Below are positions 26,834 through 32,575 of a DNA stretch of 32,575 bases, piece after piece. Position 1 is the stretch's first letter, and each line of letters opens with the position of its first letter. The notes under the pieces are model-generated. The model saw nothing but the letters and a program-made list of their open reading frames with translations, was not told where the DNA came from and did no database searches. The translations under genes were made by a program, and so were the position numbers. Source of the stretch: Gemmatimonadota bacterium (GTDB lineage Bacteria > Gemmatimonadota > Gemmatimonadetes > Gemmatimonadales > GWC2-71-9); NCBI GenBank assembly GCA_039588295.1, contig JBDHAB010000035.1, forward strand, positions 1 to 32,575. The letters are read 5' to 3'.

Positions 26834-27972
26834 CCAGACACGCGCATGGCGCGGCGGGCCTGGAAGGCGGCCAACAGCGCCAGCGGCACCGCGAACATCA
26901 CTGCAACCGGGATCCGGACCAGGCGACTGACGACTCGCAACAGTCGCCCGGTGCGCGGCATGATTCGCTCGACGCGCGCAATGGGGCGGGAAAGTGACGG
27001 GCCGATCGTCTTCATCGCCACTTTGGCCAGCTCGGTCTTCAGGTCAGCTCTCCCAGTGTGAAGGGCGACTGCCCACCGGCCAACAGCCGCTTTGAGGATC
27101 CATGGAAGCGGGAGCCGCCGACCGTGCCAGCTCACAGCATAGAGCACGGCCGATTGGTACTCGAACCTGTCTCGGACCGGTTCCAGCCCCACACCTAGGT
27201 CCCGCGCGACACCGAGCATGTTGCGTAAGTCACCGGCGCGGCGGTGCCGATCAATCACTGCCTCGACTTCTGCAAGCTCGTCGGCGCTGCATTCCTTCGC
27301 TGCCTGTGCAAGGAGCAGCAGGTCACGGATAGCGCCGCGCCGCTCCGGATGGCCCACACCAACATGCAGCAGGAGGTGCCAAAGATGATCTTTCGGAGCC
27401 AGCCGCCGGAGCAGCCCTCGATCTGCCAACAAGATCGAGCGACTCCACAGCGCCTCGGGTGACTCCGAATCCAGCATCTCGATGCCCGTGTGAACATCGA
27501 TGGGCAGCGCTGCTGTGGTAACCCGCGTCTCGAGGTGGTGGGGACTACTGGGTCCCGTTCCCTGGTAGCCCTCACGATCGAGGGCTGCTGTGAGCGCGCG
27601 GGCATCGGCCGGTCTGGCCCAGAGATCGAGATCCGCGAGGTCCAGGGCATGGCGAGGGTCGCCCAACACCGTTACGGCACCCTTGAGTGCAATGACTTCA
27701 CTGCCGCCATCCGACGCAACCCGGTCGACATGAGCAAGCTGTGCTCGCGCGGATAGCACGTGCTGCAACTCAGTCTGAGCGCACCGGTCGAGGAGCGCCT
27801 TGATCGCCACCGGAAGTTCGCAGCCGCCGCTTGCAGCGAGCTTGGCGTGTAACGGCAGCGCACAGCGCTCGACGGCCAAGAAAAGCCGCCACGAGGAGGG
27901 GGAGCACTGCGGCACGTCCCGGTGCTCAGGGTCTGAGCCGAGTGCGCGCAGTGTCCATCGCCGGAGCGCCAA
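26830..27972 (-). CDS. nucleotidyltransferase family protein (NTP_transf_5-like)
   Basis: IALKG, DLADLDL, L...GY, IDVHT, DHLWHLLLH, IRDL. TTG start is weakly supported. Confidence 0.8.
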   Translation of the reverse strand: MALRRWTLRALGSDPEHRDVPQCSPSSWRLFLAVERCALPLHAKLAASGGCELPVAIKALLDRCAQTELQHVLSARAQLAHVDRVASDGGSEVIALKGAVTVLGDPRHALDLADLDLWARPADARALTAALDREGYQGTGPSSPHHLETRVTTAALPIDVHTGIEMLDSESPEALWSRSILLADRGLLRRLAPKDHLWHLLLHVGVGHPERRGAIRDLLLLAQAAKECSADELAEVEAVIDRHRRAGDLRNMLGVARDLGVGLEPVRDRFEYQSAVLYAVSWHGRRLPLPWILKAAVGRWAVALHTGRADLKTELAKVAMKTIGPSLSRPIARVERIMPRTGRLLRVVSRLVRIPVAVMFAVPLALLAAFQARRAMRVSG

Positions 27973-28012
27973 CGCGTCGGAAACTACGATGGCTGTCGTC
28001 GCCTCTACTTCC

Positions 28013-29305
28013 TCACTCTGCCGTCCAGTGATGGTTACGGAGCCGCAACGCCAGCCACCCCACCGCCAGGTTGGGCGGCAGTGTCAACGCGATAATCGAA
28101 CCGTTGACCTGCGAGAACCAGGGCAGCACCTGCACCAGGAATCCGAGCACCGAGAGTCCCGCCATCAGGCCGGCGCACACGACGGACGTGCGACGCGCCC
28201 ATCGGTCCCCTCGTGCGGCGAATGGCAGCGCGACCACCAAGGGCAGTGCCACGGGACTCAACAAGAACAGGTTCTCGTTCCCATAGGCGATCCAGTGGTT
28301 GGTGAACACCCACAACCCCGCCAACACCAGTCCAAAGAGTCCCGCCAAGAGTGCCCACAGCGATCCTGGTACGGTGGCAGCGACTCGTCCAACGGGGCGT
28401 CGCGCTCGCAATACCGGTACCGCGATCACCGCGGCCAGGACGAGGCCAACCGCGAGAAACGCGAGCGTCCAGTTTGGTGGTGTCTCACGGCCGTATGTTG
28501 CCGAACTCTCGAACAGCGTGCGCTCCGACAGCACGAGTGGCACTTCCCGACCGTCCGCGTCGAGCACCCTGACGTCGCGCAAGTGCCGCCGCATCTCGAG
28601 CGGGATGAACATCTCCTCCCACTGAGACAGCGGTTGATCGGACGGCTGCCCCAACGCCGTGAGCAGACCGACATATGTCGGCAGGGCCTCGGTGACGAGC
28701 CGGAGCGAATGCGATCGGAACGTCGCGCCCGTCTCCTCGCCATCGGTCACCTCCCGCAGCCGTCCCTCCAGGACCCGATCGATGGCATCTCTGATTCTGC
28801 TCGAGCAGTTGTCGCGGTACGGGTCGTACCGGTAGTAACGGTTTTCGGGACGCTCGTTCCACTCCAGGAAATCGCGCAACGCAGCGCGTTGCACTGGTGT
28901 CAGGTTCAATTTCTGGATCCACACCGACCGATTCTGTGCCACGTAGTCCTGAAGGTGGGTCTCGACGTCGAACCCTTGCATCCAGTACTCCGGCCGTCCC
29001 TGAACGAATCGAACGAGGAAGTTCTCCTGCTCGAAGCTGAAAATCCCGTAGTTATACGCCCGGCCCAGACCCGTGCGATTGTCCTGGATCCAGAGCGCAT
29101 TGTGACCGTACCGCTCCCACACATGTCGCCCCGGACCCATGGTGATGAGAGAGACCGAGAGCTCGGAGCCGTCGGAAACGTCTCGGACAGCCGTCGGCTC
29201 TTGCGCACGAGCCGGGGACACCAGCGCCAGCAAGAGCGCGACTGTCGGCCCTGACACGCAGATCCAGCGGCCTAGCCAATCACGGAGCGAGATGCGCCGA
29301 TTCAT
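28013..29305 (-). CDS. DUF4105 (Lnb N-terminal-like) membrane protein
   Basis: Signal peptide, GPG..VWERYGHNAL.I, YNYGIFSF, LNLT, YRYDPYRDNCSSRIRD (putative Cys/His dyad) and several C-terminal TM helices. Confidence 0.88.
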   Translation of the reverse strand: MNRRISLRDWLGRWICVSGPTVALLLALVSPARAQEPTAVRDVSDGSELSVSLITMGPGRHVWERYGHNALWIQDNRTGLGRAYNYGIFSFEQENFLVRFVQGRPEYWMQGFDVETHLQDYVAQNRSVWIQKLNLTPVQRAALRDFLEWNERPENRYYRYDPYRDNCSSRIRDAIDRVLEGRLREVTDGEETGATFRSHSLRLVTEALPTYVGLLTALGQPSDQPLSQWEEMFIPLEMRRHLRDVRVLDADGREVPLVLSERTLFESSATYGRETPPNWTLAFLAVGLVLAAVIAVPVLRARRPVGRVAATVPGSLWALLAGLFGLVLAGLWVFTNHWIAYGNENLFLLSPVALPLVVALPFAARGDRWARRTSVVCAGLMAGLSVLGFLVQVLPWFSQVNGSIIALTLPPNLAVGWLALRLRNHHWTAE

Positions 29306-29415
29306 TGAACCCACAAGATGCACGCGGTCGTACCGGTATGCGAGTATCGTGCGGTTCACCACTGCGCGTAGCACCAGCCCCATCCGTTCAGGCTCGTCCC
29401 ATCACCTCAGTCGGA

Positions 29416-29474
29416 CACCGGCGACCCGTCACCTATCACCTGTCACCTGTCACCTGTCACCTGTCACCGGCGAC
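29416..29474. repeat. heptamer tandem repeat (GTCACCT)x6 bracketed by CACCGGCGAC direct repeats
   Basis: 29428-29469 reads GTCACCT ATCACCT GTCACCT GTCACCT GTCACCT GTCACCG. CACCGGCGAC occurs at 29416 and 29465, 49 bp (7x7) apart. Confidence 0.9.
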
Positions 29475-30727
29475 AGGGGCCGCTCGACGGCGAGGCTGTC
29501 CACCACCCGAAGTGACGAATCGTACACGGTGAGTGTCGTGGTCGTCCCCGATACGGTTGGACCCGCCACGAGATAGGTCGACACCGAGTCTTCCAGACTG
29601 GGGACCAGTTGCTCGATCGCTAGCGCGAGTGTGTCACCTCGGAAGACGCCGTCGGCACTGGCATCGAGCGTGCCGTGGAGCCACTGACCGCTCACGAAGG
29701 CCGACAACTCCGTCGAGTCCGCACCCGCCGTCGCAACGTATGATCCCAGTGCCACGTCGACCGGAACACCAAGGAGTGTACCGCTCACGCGGAACGGTCC
29801 TTCGCGGTCGTCATCCAGGTTGCCGACGACCTTCAGCCCGCTCGTTGCTGCAACGACGCTGCCGAACACCCCAATGCCACCCTCCAAATGGTTAATGAAC
29901 CCCCGGCCCGAAGGCGGGATGTTACCCGACCGGACGAAATCGAAAAAGCGCGAGTCGCCGAGCGCGACGGTCACGGAGTAGTACCGACCGGCGGCGAAGA
30001 CGGGTAGGAATTCGTCCGGGATGCCCGCCGTGTCATGCAGCAACGCGGTGACGATGTCTGGCAGGTCTCCCGGCACAGTCATGGCGGTCGAGTCCACCAC
30101 GAACCAGAATCCCGGTGTGGACGTTCCGGTGACGTCGGGCCGGCGGACCTCGAGTTGGAGGGCACGGCCCGCGACCACCTCGGCTATGGCCTTCAAGGTG
30201 TCGACGTCACGGTTGAGTTCGAGGGTCGGCCCCGGCATCACCACCGAATCGGATGCAACCCGCAACACCAAGGCCGTCGCGCCCGGGACCTCGGTCAGTC
30301 CGCGTACGACCGCGCCGTCCGTCGTGGTGACTCGGAGCTCGAGCGTGTCTCCTGCGTTCATCGCAGGGCACCCGGCGGGACTCCAGTAGACTCCCGATGC
30401 GACCGTGACATCCGGCACTCCCGGGTTCTCGTTGAACGTAGTCGCGCCGCAGGGATCATTCAGATCGGTACGATTGACGACGACCACCGTCGCACCGGAG
30501 ACCGGGAGCAGCGGCGCATCACCCGGGATCTCGATTGAATTCGAGTCGACAACCACTGCGCCCGACAACGTCTGTTCCACGAGCACCCACTGCCGCGCGA
30601 TATCCGGACGCATGATCGCCTGCACGATCACGATGGGCTCTCCCTTGGGCACGGCGATCTCGCCGAACTCACAAGCCGCGGTCAGCACTGTCACCGCGGC
30701 CGCTACCAGAGCGCGCTTCGGTCTCAA
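29450..30727 (-). CDS. DUF4249-like lipoprotein partner of the TonB receptor
   Basis: TTG overlaps the receptor TGA. Lipobox LTAAC, IVIVQAIM.P, PVSGATVVV, G.T.EL.V...DG, and the NHLEGGIGVFGS signature, followed by an extra C-terminal beta domain. Confidence 0.78.
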   Translation of the reverse strand: MRPKRALVAAAVTVLTAACEFGEIAVPKGEPIVIVQAIMRPDIARQWVLVEQTLSGAVVVDSNSIEIPGDAPLLPVSGATVVVVNRTDLNDPCGATTFNENPGVPDVTVASGVYWSPAGCPAMNAGDTLELRVTTTDGAVVRGLTEVPGATALVLRVASDSVVMPGPTLELNRDVDTLKAIAEVVAGRALQLEVRRPDVTGTSTPGFWFVVDSTAMTVPGDLPDIVTALLHDTAGIPDEFLPVFAAGRYYSVTVALGDSRFFDFVRSGNIPPSGRGFINHLEGGIGVFGSVVAATSGLKVVGNLDDDREGPFRVSGTLLGVPVDVALGSYVATAGADSTELSAFVSGQWLHGTLDASADGVFRGDTLALAIEQLVPSLEDSVSTYLVAGPTVSGTTTTLTVYDSSLRVVDSLAVERPLSPVTGDR

Positions 30728-32574
30728 AACTCGAACTCCACGCCCACGCTGGGCAGTAATGGAAGCTGTGAAATGGCGCGCCGTGTAGGCGGCGTGTTGT
30801 TGTAGTCGTAGAAGTAGAGGAAGACGTTTCGGCGGTTGAGCAGGTTGGCGATCTGCAGGTACGGCCGCAGCAGTCCACCCCACGCCCGCTTCTCCCAGCG
30901 GAAGCTCAGGTCGAGCCGGCCGTAGTAGGGATACCGTCCGCTGTTGAGTACGGGGCTGGCGATGGGCTCCCGTTCGAAGTCATCGAACGTATGGGTTGCC
31001 GCCCGATAGTAGCGGTGATCCCACTCCCCCACGAACGGCGTGAAGGGCAGCGGCGACCCGTACCCCCAGCGGACCGCGAGATCACTCCCGAGTGGACCGG
31101 GCGCCTGCAGCACCACGTTCAGCGTGTGGCGCCGATCGTGCACGGCGGGGTACTCGGGTCCATCCGCCCGGCGAACCGCCTTGGTCATGCTATACGCGAT
31201 CCACCCGGTGACACGCCCCCAATGCCTCCGCAGCAACAAATCGAACCCCCAAGCATCGCCACGCACGGGAATGGTCTCGTCCCCCGGTACGGCGGGATCC
31301 TCGCTGAGGTTCGCGTCGATGATGTCGATGAACGTCTTCCGATAGGCCTCGATGGAAAGCGACTCGGCTCCACCGAACCACCATTCCAGGCCGAGCACCA
31401 CGTGGTCCGACCGTGCGACCGCTATTGCCGAGTCGGCCCCGATCCAGAGATCGAACACGTTCCAGGGGAGATTCTGATCCCTGAGCGAGTGGATCGCCTG
31501 ATGGTAGCGTCCGACGGAACCCGTCACGGCCAGGGCCGGGGTTACAAAGACCTTCGCCCCGACCCGCGGCGCGACATTGACGACATCCGGCCCTTCCACT
31601 TGTTCGACCCGGATCCCGGGGCGGAGCAACAGCCACGGGAAGACACGCCACTGATAGTCGGCGAACCCGGACCAGACTCGAGGCGCGAACCTGCTCTCCA
31701 AGAACGATGAGCCAAAGCTCTCGGATCCGGCGCCGTACTTCATGTGATACTCTTCGACCCCCATGCCGACTCGGATTTCGTGCGCGGGATGCGGCTCGAG
31801 CAGGAGCCGCGCGCGCGCTGACAGGAGGCGGGCCGTGTTTTCCGCCGACACGAGACCCGGCTCCAGCCCGACATCGGCGGTGAAGGAGGTGATCCCCCCT
31901 TCCATCGTCAGTCGGTGCCGCCCCAACGGTTGGTCATAGCGGACGCCAAGGAGCTGATTCCCCCAGTCGGCCACCAACCGCACGGCATCTTGCCCGGGGC
32001 GTGCATCGGTCCACGTCCAGTCGAGGACGTCGCGACCCCAGTACCCGGTGACGGAAACCGTGCTGCCGCCACCGAGTGGCACATTCACTTTGCCGACGGC
32101 ATCGGCAAAGTAGTACGGGAACGACGTCTCGCTGAGTGCGGCCACCAGGGCATCCGCATAGGTGCGGCGGCCACTCACCAGCCACGTCGCTCCGGTTCCT
32201 CCAAGGGGACCTTCGGCCAGCAGCCTGGTCGAAAGCAGTGAGATGTTGCCTCGTACGCCAACGCGATCCCCCCGGCCGGGACGAACGGAGACATCCATCA
32301 CACTGCTCAGCCGGCCACCGTACTCCGCGGGAAACGCTCCAGCGATGAAGTCGACCTCGTCGACGGCGTCGGCATCGAACGTACTGAAGAGCCCACCCAA
32401 GTGCGACGGATTGAAGACCATGATGCCGTCGAGCTGCGTCAGGTTCTGATCCGGCTCGCCACCACGCACGTTGAAGCCCACCGTGTAGTCGTTGAGCGCC
32501 ACCGTGCCGGGCAGCATCTGCACCACGCGGATGACATCCGCTTCGATCGGCGCCGGAAGGCGTCTGATGGTGGA
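30724..32574 (-). CDS. TonB-dependent receptor (5' part outside the window)
   Basis: Frame open from the window edge. LPAPIEADVIRVVQMLPG, FNVRGGEPDQNL..LDG..VFNPSHLGGLFSTF, FPAEYGGRLSSV, DRRH, Y.RLDL, terminal GVEFEF. Confidence 0.95.
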   Translation of the reverse strand, partial: STIRRLPAPIEADVIRVVQMLPGTVALNDYTVGFNVRGGEPDQNLTQLDGIMVFNPSHLGGLFSTFDADAVDEVDFIAGAFPAEYGGRLSSVMDVSVRPGRGDRVGVRGNISLLSTRLLAEGPLGGTGATWLVSGRRTYADALVAALSETSFPYYFADAVGKVNVPLGGGSTVSVTGYWGRDVLDWTWTDARPGQDAVRLVADWGNQLLGVRYDQPLGRHRLTMEGGITSFTADVGLEPGLVSAENTARLLSARARLLLEPHPAHEIRVGMGVEEYHMKYGAGSESFGSSFLESRFAPRVWSGFADYQWRVFPWLLLRPGIRVEQVEGPDVVNVAPRVGAKVFVTPALAVTGSVGRYHQAIHSLRDQNLPWNVFDLWIGADSAIAVARSDHVVLGLEWWFGGAESLSIEAYRKTFIDIIDANLSEDPAVPGDETIPVRGDAWGFDLLLRRHWGRVTGWIAYSMTKAVRRADGPEYPAVHDRRHTLNVVLQAPGPLGSDLAVRWGYGSPLPFTPFVGEWDHRYYRAATHTFDDFEREPIASPVLNSGRYPYYGRLDLSFRWEKRAWGGLLRPYLQIANLLNRRNVFLYFYDYNNTPPTRRAISQLPLLPSVGVEFEF

Positions 32575-32575
32575 G

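Noticed and set aside
25472..27972. Complete lasso peptide or PQQ biosynthetic cluster
   Set aside because: No precursor, B2 peptidase, cyclase or pqqABCE visible. The 100-bp gap before the RRE gene holds no credible precursor ORF.
868..29254. Many long alternative-frame and antisense ORFs (e.g. 868-1491, 4120-5184, 7098-8501, 9566-10780, 11222-12319, 17020-18093, 27800-29254)
   Set aside because: They overlap well-supported genes, are Arg/Pro/Ala-rich without motifs, and are expected shadows in high-GC DNA.
29416..29474. CRISPR array
   Set aside because: 7-bp tandem units with no spacers and no cas genes.

Overview
GC-rich bacterial chromosomal segment. The gene families (Ser/Thr kinase-TPR protein, secreted beta-propeller, Oar-type TonB receptors) suggest Gemmatimonadota; this is an inference. 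About 25 CDS; no rRNA, tRNA, CRISPR or transposase seen. Left part: a TonB-dependent receptor broken near 1708 by an apparent deletion plus frameshift, an orphan trpF, an S9 peptidase, a lipoprotein, a Ser/Thr kinase-TPR protein, an ACT protein, an APC permease, TPR and hypothetical proteins and a beta-propeller. Centre (15645-23098, minus strand), the most notable element: a six-gene Qrc/alternative-complex-III-like operon. It encodes a pentaheme cytochrome, a Tat-exported molybdopterin-oxidoreductase-like subunit, a 4x[4Fe-4S] subunit and an NrfD/ActC-like membrane subunit. ActD/E/F are absent, and the operon ends in two paralogous tetraheme cytochromes built from four tandem CxxCH...W(N/D)(H/K) domains each (13 heme motifs in total). 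A stand-alone cNMP-binding protein lies upstream. Right part: an aldo/keto reductase, a PqqD-family RRE plus HPr-kinase-like pair converging on a nucleotidyltransferase (lasso-cluster accessory genes without precursor, peptidase or cyclase), and a TonB receptor - DUF4249-like lipoprotein - DUF4105 run. Two related heptamer repeat elements occur at 8646-8725 and 29416-29474. Family assignments come from motif recognition by eye, not database searches.
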